Origin: an uncultured SAR86 cluster bacterium
Lineage (GTDB): Bacteria; Pseudomonadota; Gammaproteobacteria; Magnimaribacterales; D2472
Direction: 5' to 3'
Length of the DNA: 64,000 nucleotides
NCBI GenBank assembly: GCA_902517425.1
Contig: CABYCI010000001.1
Span: 42,620-106,619 of the forward strand
The notes beneath the pieces were generated by a model. It was given only the letters and a program-made list of their open reading frames with translations. It was not told where the DNA came from and did not search any database. Both the position numbers and the translations under genes were made by a program. Shown piece by piece: positions 48,674-58,359 of the stretch. Every line of letters starts with the position of its first letter. Positions within the stretch are counted from its first letter, which is position 1.

Positions 48674-51600
48674 ATGGCTATGCTTAAGATAAATAATAAA
48701 TTTGTATCAGAGACTAAGCTTTTATCAGAAATATCTAATGAAACAAAGTTTTTAGAAGAAGCATCAATATCTAAAGATGCTAAGTCTATTATTGATCTCT
48801 GCAGAGAAGATAAAAAAGACCGCACCATGCTTGATGCTTTTCTCAACGAATATGGATTAGACAATAAAGAAGGAGTTGCCTTAATGTGTCTTGCAGAGTC
48901 TGTATTAAGAATACCTGATAAAAAAACAAGAGATTTAATAATTTCTGAAAAGCTTTCAGAGGGTAAATGGATTGATCATCTAAATAAAGCAGATAGTATC
49001 TTTGTAAATGCATCTACTTGGGGTTTATTGCTTGCAGGCAAAGTCGTTACAACACCAAATGAGTGGTCTAAGAATCCAAATAGTTTTCTTTCCAACTTAA
49101 TTTCAAAATCTGGAGAGATGCCAATTAGGAATGCAGTTTTAGCTGCCATGCAGATTCTCAGTCAAGAATTTGTAATAGGTAAAAATTTTAAAGATATTCA
49201 AAAACTTCCTGGTCTTAGTGAAGAGGCTTATTCATTTGATATGTTAGGTGAAGCTGCAAGGACTCCTTCTCAAGCTGAGAATTATTTTGAGTCCTATTTA
49301 AATGCTATTGATGAGGTAGCAAAAATTAATCTTGTAAAAAATTTGTCACATGGAGTTTCTATAAAAATATCTGCCTTACATCCTAGATATGAAATGAGAA
49401 AAATAGATGATATAAATTTAGAGTTAGTTCCTAGATTAAAAGAATTAGTCCATCATGCATATTCAAAAGATGTTGAGATTACTATCGATGCTGAGGAGCA
49501 GGATAGGCTCTCATTGAGTCTTCATATAATAGAACAGCTTGCATTTGATAAAAAAATCAAAAATTGGAACAAATTTGGAATTGCTCTGCAGGCATATGGC
49601 AAAAGATCATTTGATGCAATTGATTGGTTAAATAGTGCTTTAGATAAAAGAGCAGAGATGCACTTAAGACTTGTTAAGGGTGCTTATTGGGATTACGAAA
49701 TTAAGCATGCACAAGTATCTGGATATGACGGTTATCCAGTTTTCTCTAAAAAATCTATTACAGATATTGCTTATCTGGCTTGTTCAAAAAGAATCTTAGA
49801 AAACAAAAAAATCTATCCAAAGTTTGCTACTCATAATGCTCATACTATTTCATCTATCAATTATCTTGGACAAAATTGCGAATATGAATTTCAACGTTTA
49901 TTTGGAATGGGTGAGCTTTTATATAAAAGTGCTTCTAATGTTCTAAAATTGGAAAAGTCTCCTTCGGTATATGCACCAATAGGAAGCTATAAAGACTTAC
50001 TTCCATACTTAGTAAGAAGGCTTTTAGAAAATGGTGCCAATAGCTCTTTTATAAACAGGTTGCTTGATCCAGAAACAGACTCAGAATGGTTGGCACAAAA
50101 TCCATACTTCAGAATGAAGAATGAAAAAAAAGAAATTCCATTGCCTAAAGATATTTTTGGAACAAGGTTAAATTCTGCTGGAATGGATATTTCTGAAAAA
50201 CAGAATTTAGAAAATCTTTCAATGAAATTAGAAAAATTTAAAGATAAAAGGGTAAATGCTGAATCTATTTATTTAGGAAGACAAGAATCTAGTGAGAAAA
50301 AAATTAAAGTATCTTCAATTTCTTCTGACATAGAGATGGGCACCATTAATTATGATGCTCCAAAAGATATCAAAGATTGTCTTGAAAAAAACGATTTAGA
50401 TGAATGGCAAAACATCAGTCTTAAAAAAAGATCTGAAATTTTAAATCAGGTTGCTGATTCTATTGAAAAAGATCCTTATGAATTAATTTTCTATCTCATA
50501 AATGAAGCTGGCAAAACTATACAAAATGCGGTGGATGAAATAAGAGAGGGAGTCGATTTCTTACGATATTATTCAGAACAGGCTCTAAAAATAATAGAAG
50601 GAAGAGAACTTGACGGTCCAACTGGAGAAGAAAATAAAATTTTATATACACCAAAAGGAAGGTTCTTATGTATTAGCCCATGGAATTTTCCGGTAGCTAT
50701 ACTTATTGGACAAATATCGGCAGCACTGTCTTGTGGTAATAAAGTTATTGCAAAGCCATCAGAGCACACTTCTATACTTGGATATCTCGTTGTTTGTAAA
50801 TTTCATGAATGTGGTGTCCCTCTTAGTGCACTAGAACTTATCCTTGGTGATAGTTTATATGGTGACATGTTGACTAAAATAGATTCACTTCAAGGTGTCG
50901 CTTTTACTGGATCTCTTCCAACAGCAAAAAAAATTCAGTCAAATCTTATTGAGTATCAAAATCAGATAGTTCCATTGATTGCTGAGACGGGAGGCATTAA
51001 CTCAATGCTTGTTGATTCAAGTGCATTACTAGAACAAGTAACTGATGATGTTATCAGGTCAGCATTCGATAGCGCTGGTCAAAGATGCTCTGCTTTAAGG
51101 GTTCTGTGCATTCAAGAAGAGATTTATGAAGAACTCGTTGACATGATTAAAGGTAATATGATCACTCAAAAAATTGGAGACCCAAATTATTTTGACACAG
51201 ACATTGGGCCAATAATTAACAAGGAAGCAATCTTAAACCTTAATAAATATATTGAAGAATGTAGAGAACAAGAATTTGATGTATTTCAAACATTTAAACA
51301 TAATGACGATAAGCATATTTCACCTACGCTAATTGCAGTAAACAAAATATCAGATATTAAAAATGAGCAATTTGGCCCGATACTCCACCTGCTCAAATAT
51401 TCATCTAATGATACAGATAAATTAATAAATGATATTAATAAAACTGGCTATGGTTTAACAATGGGTATTCATACAAGAATAGAATCTATAGCAGACTATT
51501 TTGGGAAAAAGTCTAATATTGGAAATATATATATTAATAGAGATATGGTTGGTGCAGTAGTTGGATCGCAGCCTTTTGGAGGCGTTGGTCTTTCAGGTAG

Positions 51601-51721
51601 TGGATTTAAAGCAGGTGGTCCTAACTATTTATTACAATTTCTAAATGAAAAGGTTATTTCAAAAAATTCCGTAGCCTTTGGTGGCAATACTGAGCTACTA
51701 AATCTTCAAGAAGATTTATGA
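48674..51721 (+). CDS. putA: Bifunctional proline dehydrogenase / 1-pyrroline-5-carboxylate dehydrogenase
   Basis: The PRODH barrel blocks are SFDMLGEAA, LVKGAYWDYE and YAPIG.YKDLLPYLVRRLLENGANSSF. The ALDH half has ETGGINSMLVD and the catalytic Cys in GQRCSALR. At 1015 aa it has no N-terminal ribbon-helix-helix region. Confidence 0.93.
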   Translation: MAMLKINNKFVSETKLLSEISNETKFLEEASISKDAKSIIDLCREDKKDRTMLDAFLNEYGLDNKEGVALMCLAESVLRIPDKKTRDLIISEKLSEGKWIDHLNKADSIFVNASTWGLLLAGKVVTTPNEWSKNPNSFLSNLISKSGEMPIRNAVLAAMQILSQEFVIGKNFKDIQKLPGLSEEAYSFDMLGEAARTPSQAENYFESYLNAIDEVAKINLVKNLSHGVSIKISALHPRYEMRKIDDINLELVPRLKELVHHAYSKDVEITIDAEEQDRLSLSLHIIEQLAFDKKIKNWNKFGIALQAYGKRSFDAIDWLNSALDKRAEMHLRLVKGAYWDYEIKHAQVSGYDGYPVFSKKSITDIAYLACSKRILENKKIYPKFATHNAHTISSINYLGQNCEYEFQRLFGMGELLYKSASNVLKLEKSPSVYAPIGSYKDLLPYLVRRLLENGANSSFINRLLDPETDSEWLAQNPYFRMKNEKKEIPLPKDIFGTRLNSAGMDISEKQNLENLSMKLEKFKDKRVNAESIYLGRQESSEKKIKVSSISSDIEMGTINYDAPKDIKDCLEKNDLDEWQNISLKKRSEILNQVADSIEKDPYELIFYLINEAGKTIQNAVDEIREGVDFLRYYSEQALKIIEGRELDGPTGEENKILYTPKGRFLCISPWNFPVAILIGQISAALSCGNKVIAKPSEHTSILGYLVVCKFHECGVPLSALELILGDSLYGDMLTKIDSLQGVAFTGSLPTAKKIQSNLIEYQNQIVPLIAETGGINSMLVDSSALLEQVTDDVIRSAFDSAGQRCSALRVLCIQEEIYEELVDMIKGNMITQKIGDPNYFDTDIGPIINKEAILNLNKYIEECREQEFDVFQTFKHNDDKHISPTLIAVNKISDIKNEQFGPILHLLKYSSNDTDKLINDINKTGYGLTMGIHTRIESIADYFGKKSNIGNIYINRDMVGAVVGSQPFGGVGLSGSGFKAGGPNYLLQFLNEKVISKNSVAFGGNTELLNLQEDL

Positions 51722-52962
51722 TTGGGTTTAAAAAAACTCCGGCAAAATTAGTAATAATTATTTTTTTAATTTCTGTTTTTGCGGTCTTGTTAATTTATGT
51801 AGATTCGACTCTGAATGAGCCTGAATCAATAGAAGAAATTATAATTTCCAAAAACCTTACCGAGAAACTTCCTGATTTTAAAAATAAGGAAATCCATACA
51901 GTTCAAAATGGAGAAAGTCTCTCGATAATATTTGAAGAAAGAAATATTCCTTTGAATACAGCTTATAAAATATTCAATTTTGATAAAAATAATATTTTAT
52001 CAAGCATAAAACCTAACGATATTATGGAATTTAATTATATTGGTGAAGAGTTAGATAGTATCGAAATTATTAAAGATGAAATAAATTCAATAGTAATTCG
52101 AGTTTCTGAAGTGGTAACAGTAGAAAAAATTGAAAAAGAAATCCAAAATATTAGTTCATTTAAGCAAGGTGAAATAAGTACTTCTTTCTATAAAAATGCT
52201 TTAGATGTTGGCATTCCAGACAGCATTATTATGGATTTTGCTTATATTTTTGGTTGGGATGTTGATTTTATTTTTGATGTAAGAAAAGGAGATAAATTTT
52301 CAGTCATTTTTGAAGCTGATTACTCGCAAGGTGAAAAGATTTCTAGTGGAGATATAATTTTTGCTGAATTTATCAATAAAAATAGTAAGTACATTGCTCA
52401 AAGATTTTATGATGAAGATCAAGGCAAGCAATACTTTAATCAAAATGGTGATAATGTTAAGAAGGCGTTCTTAAGAGCACCATTAGATTTTGCATATATA
52501 AGCTCTCATTTCAATCCGAATAGGATGCACCCTATTCTTCATAAAATAAAAGCACATAATGGTGTCGATTATGCAGCTAAAAGAAATACGCCTGTAATGG
52601 CTTCTGGAGATGGAGTGATCTCTTATGTTGGATATAAGAGTGGTTATGGAAGAACTGTTGAGGTAAAGCATGGTGGCAATATAAAAACCTTATATGCTCA
52701 TCTAGAAAGATTTAATTCAAAAACAAAAGTTGGAAATAAAGTAAAACAAGGAGAAATAATTGCATACGTAGGTGATTCAGGCCAAGCAACAGGAACTCAC
52801 TTACATTTTGAATTTTGGCAAGGAAAAACAAGAACTGATCCAGTAAAAGTTGAGTTGCCTTCTGCAAAATCAGTCACTCCAAGTCAAATGAAAGAATTTA
52901 AAAATTTAGTTAATTTAAATCTAGAAAAACTAAATAAGTATAATTTGAAACAAGATGAGTAA
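51718..52962 (+). CDS. M23-family murein endopeptidase (MepM/YebA-like)
   Basis: N-terminal anchor, an OapA/LysM-like HTVQNGESLSIIFEE segment, and the M23 metal ligands HNGVDYAA...GDG...GYGRTVEVKHG...YAHL...GSGQATGTHLHFE. Confidence 0.85.
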   Translation: MIGFKKTPAKLVIIIFLISVFAVLLIYVDSTLNEPESIEEIIISKNLTEKLPDFKNKEIHTVQNGESLSIIFEERNIPLNTAYKIFNFDKNNILSSIKPNDIMEFNYIGEELDSIEIIKDEINSIVIRVSEVVTVEKIEKEIQNISSFKQGEISTSFYKNALDVGIPDSIIMDFAYIFGWDVDFIFDVRKGDKFSVIFEADYSQGEKISSGDIIFAEFINKNSKYIAQRFYDEDQGKQYFNQNGDNVKKAFLRAPLDFAYISSHFNPNRMHPILHKIKAHNGVDYAAKRNTPVMASGDGVISYVGYKSGYGRTVEVKHGGNIKTLYAHLERFNSKTKVGNKVKQGEIIAYVGDSGQATGTHLHFEFWQGKTRTDPVKVELPSAKSVTPSQMKEFKNLVNLNLEKLNKYNLKQDE

Positions 52963-53971
52963 AAATTTTATTGGAGTTATGACTGGAACAAGTGCTGATG
53001 CACTTGATGGATGTATCGTCTCTTTTGATGGTCAATTCGAGTTAATTGAAAGAATTAGTTTAGATTTAGAAGAATCTTATAAAAAAGATTATGAGGAATG
53101 TTTGATGGCTGGGTACAAAACCATAGATGAATCAAAAAAACTATTCGAGTTGGAAAATATGTTAAACAGCCAAACTATGGAACTCATCAAAAGACTTTTA
53201 AATGAGAGTCAACTAGCAAAAGATGACATAGCTGCTATTGGTTTTTCAGGTCAAACTGTTTTCCATACCAATCAAAAAAGTTTTCAGGTTGGTGATCCTC
53301 AAAAAATATCTAACTCTGTAGGAATTAAAGTTTTGTCTGATTTCAGAAATTTTGACATAGCCTTAGGTGGTATGGGTGCACCCTTAGTTCCTTTTTTTCA
53401 TAAGTATCTATATTCAGAAAAAGAAAAAAATAAATTAATTTTTAATATTGGTGGAATAGCTAATGGCACCTATCTAAATGGCGAAGAAATATCTTTGGCT
53501 TCTGATGTTGGGCCCGGCAATTGTCTTATGGACCTAGTTGCAAGTGAAAGATTTAATAGGCCATTTGACTTTAATGGAGAAGAAGCATCAAAAGGTAAAG
53601 CTAATGATGTTTTGTTGGCTAAGTTACTAGCTAATTGTGCAAATATGGAATTTCCAAGGGCGGATGATAAAAAAGATTATTATGCTCTGATGAATGAAAC
53701 ATCTTCAATAGATTCAAATTCATTGATAAGAACTCTAGCGGAGTTTAGTGCGGAAATGATTAAAAAATTTTGTAATCATTGTAATAATCCCAAAGACATT
53801 ATCTTTCATGGGGGAGGAACAAAAAATTTGTTTCTTATGGACTTAATTAAGAAAAAAATTGGTTTAGAAATAAAAACTACTGATACAGAAATTGAATCTA
53901 AATTTGTTGAAGCAGCAGCTTTTGCCTATCTTGCATATCTAGAGAGAGGTAAAATATTTAGCCCTAGATAG
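52955..53971 (+). CDS. anmK: Anhydro-N-acetylmuramic acid kinase
   Basis: FIGVMTGTSADALDG opening and NIGGIANGT and GPGNCLMD blocks are present. Size is 338 aa. Confidence 0.88.
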   Translation: MSKNFIGVMTGTSADALDGCIVSFDGQFELIERISLDLEESYKKDYEECLMAGYKTIDESKKLFELENMLNSQTMELIKRLLNESQLAKDDIAAIGFSGQTVFHTNQKSFQVGDPQKISNSVGIKVLSDFRNFDIALGGMGAPLVPFFHKYLYSEKEKNKLIFNIGGIANGTYLNGEEISLASDVGPGNCLMDLVASERFNRPFDFNGEEASKGKANDVLLAKLLANCANMEFPRADDKKDYYALMNETSSIDSNSLIRTLAEFSAEMIKKFCNHCNNPKDIIFHGGGTKNLFLMDLIKKKIGLEIKTTDTEIESKFVEAAAFAYLAYLERGKIFSPR

Positions 53972-54308
53972 TAAATGATTCTCCACAACCACAAGTTGTT
54001 TTTGCATTTGGATTATTAATAACAAATTTAGAACCAGACAGGTCTTCTACAAAATCTAGGGTGGATCCATACAAGTATGGGTAAGACATTGAATCTAGTA
54101 AAACTGAGAAACTTTCAAACTCAATCACATCATCATCAAATGCTATTTCAGGATCAAACTTAAATCCGTATTGGAAACCAGAGCAACCTCCTCCAGTTAC
54201 ATAAACCCTAAATTTAGATCCTAGGTCATCATTGGCTATCATGACGCTTTGTATTCTTGATAAAGCGCTTGTGGTTAAATTCAGAGATTTGTTAGAAATT
54301 TCGTTCAT
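53964..54308 (-). CDS. erpA: A-type iron-sulfur cluster carrier (ErpA/IscA family)
   Basis: RVYVTGGGCSGFQYGF and the C-terminal CGCGESF are present. Size is 114 aa. Its location near hemL matches E. coli. Confidence 0.85.
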   Translation of the reverse strand: MNEISNKSLNLTTSALSRIQSVMIANDDLGSKFRVYVTGGGCSGFQYGFKFDPEIAFDDDVIEFESFSVLLDSMSYPYLYGSTLDFVEDLSGSKFVINNPNAKTTCGCGESFTI

Positions 54309-54309
54309 A

Positions 54310-54810
54310 TTAAGAAATACGCTTTACCTTAATTTTTACATTTGAAGATGTATTTATCATCCAAAAACCACCCATATTTGCCTCTTCAATAATGATATTA
54401 TTTTTTACTCTGAAATTATTAAGCTTAATGGATGACAAAACTGACTGAGATTCCCATAGCTGATCGTTTAAGAGCTTAAATCTTGTTTTGCCTCCGGTAG
54501 CCTTTGAAACATCAGAAATTTTTGAATTCAATTGTGTTTTATTAACTTGTATCTGAGCTTCTATTTTTTGTTTTTTCGATAACCCAAAATTAGCCTCTTC
54601 TTTAGATACAGGTGTTATCGCTTCAGAGGGAGTGCTCTTAGATTCTTTCTTAACTAATTCCTCTGATGTTTTAGATACGCCTGTAGTAAGGTAGTCGTAA
54701 CAGGCTAGCCTTTTGATATCAGATTTTATCGAAGCACAATCCTCAAGTTTAACTTCAGCATTTAGCTGAAACAAAGAAAACGTAATAATTGCTAAAAAAT
54801 ATTTTTTCAT
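54310..54810 (-). CDS. Secreted hypothetical protein
   Basis: Signal peptide MKKYFLAIITFSLFQLNA and a Cys pair in CASIKSDIKRLACYDY. It ends 1 nt before erpA. No family was recognised. Confidence 0.4.
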   Translation of the reverse strand: MKKYFLAIITFSLFQLNAEVKLEDCASIKSDIKRLACYDYLTTGVSKTSEELVKKESKSTPSEAITPVSKEEANFGLSKKQKIEAQIQVNKTQLNSKISDVSKATGGKTRFKLLNDQLWESQSVLSSIKLNNFRVKNNIIIEEANMGGFWMINTSSNVKIKVKRIS

Positions 54811-54905
54811 ATCAAAACATTATAAATTTAAATATCAGTATAAAATATAAATATGCCTAAATACTTTTTTTTCAAGAAATTCAATTAATTTCAAAATAAT
54901 TATCA

Positions 54906-55418
54906 ATGGAAAAATCTTTAATAATATATTCAACAGTTGACGGACAGACTAAAGCAATTTGTAAAAGAATTGCTCAATTTGCATCTGAAACTAGCATAGA
55001 TGTACTTCCAATCTCAAATGAAATTAAGTTGGACTCATATAAAAATATAATTATTGGGGCAAGCATAAGATATGGGAAGTATCGCAATGAGGTATTTGAT
55101 TTTATAGATAAGAATATACATATTCTTGATTCAAAAGAAAATGCATTTTTTTCAGTAAATGTTGTTGCTAGAAAGCCAGAAAAAAACACTCCTACAACGA
55201 ACCCATATTTAATAAAATTTTTAGATAAAACTAATTGGGAACCTAAAAATCTTGGTGTTTTTGCAGGCAAAATAGAATATCCAAAGTACAATTTTATTGA
55301 TAAGTACACTATAAAATTTATTATGTGGGTTACAAAAGGTCCAACCGATACTTCTCAAACATATGAATTCACTAATTGGGAAGAAGTTGAAAATTTTGCA
55401 AGAGATTTAAAGCTATGA
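54906..55418 (+). CDS. hemG: Protoporphyrinogen IX dehydrogenase (menaquinone-dependent, flavodoxin-like)
   Basis: The sequence is colinear with E. coli HemG: LIIYSTVDGQTK.I, IIGASIRYGKY, FFSVNVVARKPEKNTP.TN.Y..KFL and YPKYNF.DK..IK.IM. Confidence 0.87.
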   Translation: MEKSLIIYSTVDGQTKAICKRIAQFASETSIDVLPISNEIKLDSYKNIIIGASIRYGKYRNEVFDFIDKNIHILDSKENAFFSVNVVARKPEKNTPTTNPYLIKFLDKTNWEPKNLGVFAGKIEYPKYNFIDKYTIKFIMWVTKGPTDTSQTYEFTNWEEVENFARDLKL

Positions 55419-56704
55419 ATAAAATAAATAAGTCTATTGAGCTTTTTAAAGAAGCCAAATTACATATGCCTGGTGGCGTGAATTCACCTGTAAGAGCTTT
55501 TAAAAATATTGACGGCAATCCTATTTTCTTTAAGAAAGCTAAAGGTGCGTATGTTTTTGATGCTGACAATAATAAATACATTGACTATATAGGATCTTGG
55601 GGGCCAATGATAATGGGACACTCTCATCCTGAAATAATTAAAGCTGTTTCAAGACAACTTCAGTTGGGAACTAGTTATGGAGCTCCTACAAGTATTGAGT
55701 CATCAACAGCAGTACTTATTAAAGAATGTATGCCATCAATAAAAAAAATAAGAATGGTAAATTCAGGAACTGAAGCCACTATGAGTGCTGTCAGGCTTGC
55801 AAGAGGATACACAAAAAGAAATAAGATTATTAAATTTGATGGTTGTTATCATGGTCATGTAGATTCTTTATTAATTAAGGCTGGTTCGGGTGTAACAACA
55901 TTTGGGCTACCTGATTCTCCTGGCATTCCTAAAGAACTAGCAAAGCAAACATTAAGTTGTGAATTTAATAATAAAGAAGATTTTCTAAAAATATTTAACA
56001 AAATCAAAAATGATCTAGCAGCAGTAATAGTAGAACCAATTGCAGGAAATATGGGCTTTATACCTGCTGACAAGTCATTTCTTCAATTGTTGAGAAAAAA
56101 AACCTCAGAAAATAAATCTATACTAATTTTTGATGAGGTTATGTCTGGGTTTAGAGTTTCCTTAGGAGGAGCTCAAGAAATCTATAAAATTAAACCGGAT
56201 CTAACAACACTTGGTAAAGTTATTGGAGGCGGTCTTCCAGTTGGTGCTTTTGGTGGTCGCAGAGAAATTATGGATTATCTAGCGCCAAATGGTCCTGTAT
56301 ATCAGGCTGGCACTCTATCTGGAAATCCTTTGGCTATGGCAGCAGGCTCAAAACTTATTAAGTTATTGATTAAAAATAATCCATATAAATCTCTAGAAGT
56401 TAGAGCTTCTTATTTACTGAATGAAATGAAGAAATTATTTTTAGAACATGATATTCCTATTTCTATTGATCAAAGGGGAGGAATGTTTGGATTCTTCTTC
56501 TCTAAAGACTTACCAAAAAATCTTAATGACGTTATTAAAACCAATGACAAACAATTTAAGAGATTTCTTAATAAATGTATTGCTAATGGGATATATTTTG
56601 CTCCATCAAAATTTGAAGCAGGTTTTATCTCAACAAAGCATACTAAATTAGAAATTAATCATACAATTAGTATTATCAAAAAAATATTAGAAAAGGGACT
56701 ATAA
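55415..56704 (+). CDS. hemL: Glutamate-1-semialdehyde 2,1-aminomutase
   Basis: S..LF..A....PGGVNSPVRAF, MVNSGTEATM and the PLP-Lys context DLTTLGKVIGGGLPVGAFGG are present. Size is 429 aa. Confidence 0.95.
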   Translation: MNKINKSIELFKEAKLHMPGGVNSPVRAFKNIDGNPIFFKKAKGAYVFDADNNKYIDYIGSWGPMIMGHSHPEIIKAVSRQLQLGTSYGAPTSIESSTAVLIKECMPSIKKIRMVNSGTEATMSAVRLARGYTKRNKIIKFDGCYHGHVDSLLIKAGSGVTTFGLPDSPGIPKELAKQTLSCEFNNKEDFLKIFNKIKNDLAAVIVEPIAGNMGFIPADKSFLQLLRKKTSENKSILIFDEVMSGFRVSLGGAQEIYKIKPDLTTLGKVIGGGLPVGAFGGRREIMDYLAPNGPVYQAGTLSGNPLAMAAGSKLIKLLIKNNPYKSLEVRASYLLNEMKKLFLEHDIPISIDQRGGMFGFFFSKDLPKNLNDVIKTNDKQFKRFLNKCIANGIYFAPSKFEAGFISTKHTKLEINHTISIIKKILEKGL

Positions 56705-56705
56705 G

Positions 56706-57707
56706 ATGAAATATGATATAAGTGCTTTAGGAAATGCTTTAGTTGACACTCAGTACATGGTCGATCATGAATTTTTACAAGGCATTGGTCTAGAACCAGA
56801 CTCAATGACTCTTGCATCTGCAGAAGAACATTCTCCAATTATAGATAAACTCCAACAAATGGGCGTTGAATCAGTCTCTGATTGTGGAGGCTCAGCAACT
56901 AATTCACTAGTTGCTGCATCTTATTATGGTTCAAACTGTCATCATGTTTGCAGAGTTGCAAATGATGAAGATGGCAAAAAATATTTAGAAAGCCTTCAAA
57001 AGGCTGGAGTAAAACATATTGGCTTTAGTAAAGAAGACTCGGAGCTTCCAACTGGCAAATGCTTAATATTTGTTACCCCAGATGCAAAAAGAACTATGAG
57101 TAGTATGCTTGGAATAAGCGCATACTTAGGGTCAAAAGATATAGATTTTGATGCGGTAGATAATTCAAAGATTTTTTATATCGAAGGATACATGGTAACA
57201 AGTGAAGAAAATTTTAACGCTGTAACTTCGGTTTTAAAAAATATCAATAGTGAGAATACTCTAAAGGCATTATCTCTTTCTGATGCTGGCATAGTTCATG
57301 GTTTTAAAGATAAATTCAAAGAGATAGAGTCCTTTGGAATTGATATGATTTTTTGTAATGATGATGAGGCTATTGCATTTGCTGGTGTAGAAAATTTAGA
57401 AGAGGCTATTGAATTCTATAAAAAACAATCCTATATGATTGCTATAACAAAGGGCGCTGAAGGAAGTATCGTGATTAAGGATGGAAAGGAAATATTTTCT
57501 CCAGCGGAACAAATAACACCTATAGATACTAATGGTGCTGGAGATATGTATGCAGGTTCCTTTATGCATGCCTTCTTAAATGGTTGTGATATTTCTGAGT
57601 GTGCAAGGTTCAGCAATTACGCTTCATCAAAGGTTGTTGAAACATTTGGACCAAGATTAAATTCTGAGGGCTATCAAGATGTTTTAAATAAATTGAGAAA
57701 AGGCTAG
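56706..57707 (+). CDS. PfkB-family kinase (adenosine-kinase-like)
   Basis: GGSATN and the C-terminal signature DTNGAGDMYAGSF are present. Size is 333 aa. The substrate is not certain. Confidence 0.78.
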   Translation: MKYDISALGNALVDTQYMVDHEFLQGIGLEPDSMTLASAEEHSPIIDKLQQMGVESVSDCGGSATNSLVAASYYGSNCHHVCRVANDEDGKKYLESLQKAGVKHIGFSKEDSELPTGKCLIFVTPDAKRTMSSMLGISAYLGSKDIDFDAVDNSKIFYIEGYMVTSEENFNAVTSVLKNINSENTLKALSLSDAGIVHGFKDKFKEIESFGIDMIFCNDDEAIAFAGVENLEEAIEFYKKQSYMIAITKGAEGSIVIKDGKEIFSPAEQITPIDTNGAGDMYAGSFMHAFLNGCDISECARFSNYASSKVVETFGPRLNSEGYQDVLNKLRKG

Positions 57708-57762
57708 TAAATTTAACTAGTATCTGATACTTTCTCCACCCTGAATTATTTGTTAAATCATA

Positions 57763-58332
57763 ATGGCTGAAAAAAAAGCAAAGAAAATTACTAAAAAACC
57801 TGTAAAAAAATCCCCAGCAAAAAAGCCTGCAGTAAAAAAAGCTGTTGTTAAAAAAACGCCTGTTAAAAAAACTACAAAAAAAAATACTAAAAAGATTGTT
57901 AAGGCTAAAACCATATCCAATGACAAATCTAAGATTGCTCCATATAAACCGAAAAAGAATGAAAAATATATGAGTGCTGCAATGAAAAAACATTTTATTG
58001 CTGTACTGCTTTTATGGAAAGAGCATCTTAAAGAAGAAATGCAAAAAACCTTTAACCACTTGAGGGCAAAGGGAGAAACTTATGCTGATCCTATCGACAG
58101 GGCTTCTCAAGAGGAAGAATTTGCATTTGAGTTGAGAACAAGAGACAGAGAGAGAAAATTGATAAATAAGATTGCGATTTCTATAGAACAAATTAAACAG
58201 GATGATTATGGCTGGTGTGAATCTTGTGGAGATGAAATCGGTGTCAAGAGGCTTGAAGCAAGACCAACAGCTACTCATTGTATTGATTGTAAAACTTTAG
58301 ATGAAATTAAAGAAAAACAGCTCAGCGGGTGA
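57763..58332 (+). CDS. dksA: RNA polymerase-binding factor DksA with a Lys-rich N-terminal extension
   Basis: Residues 58-189 track E. coli DksA: IAPYKPKKNEKYMSAAMKKHF..LLLWKEHLKEE, DPIDRASQEEEFAFELRTRDRERKLI, and the zinc finger CESCGDEIGVKRLEARPTATHCIDCK. Residues 1-49 are an added (KK-x2-4) repeat tail. Confidence 0.88.
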   Translation: MAEKKAKKITKKPVKKSPAKKPAVKKAVVKKTPVKKTTKKNTKKIVKAKTISNDKSKIAPYKPKKNEKYMSAAMKKHFIAVLLLWKEHLKEEMQKTFNHLRAKGETYADPIDRASQEEEFAFELRTRDRERKLINKIAISIEQIKQDDYGWCESCGDEIGVKRLEARPTATHCIDCKTLDEIKEKQLSG

Positions 58333-58359
58333 TTCCTACCCTCCTATCAAAACTAAATT

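Noticed and set aside
57610-57993. 127-aa Phe-rich ORF that looks like a membrane protein
   Set aside because: It is the reverse-complement image of the AAA/AAG-rich lysine tail of dksA (poly-Lys reads as poly-Phe on the other strand) and overlaps the end of the PfkB-family kinase gene.
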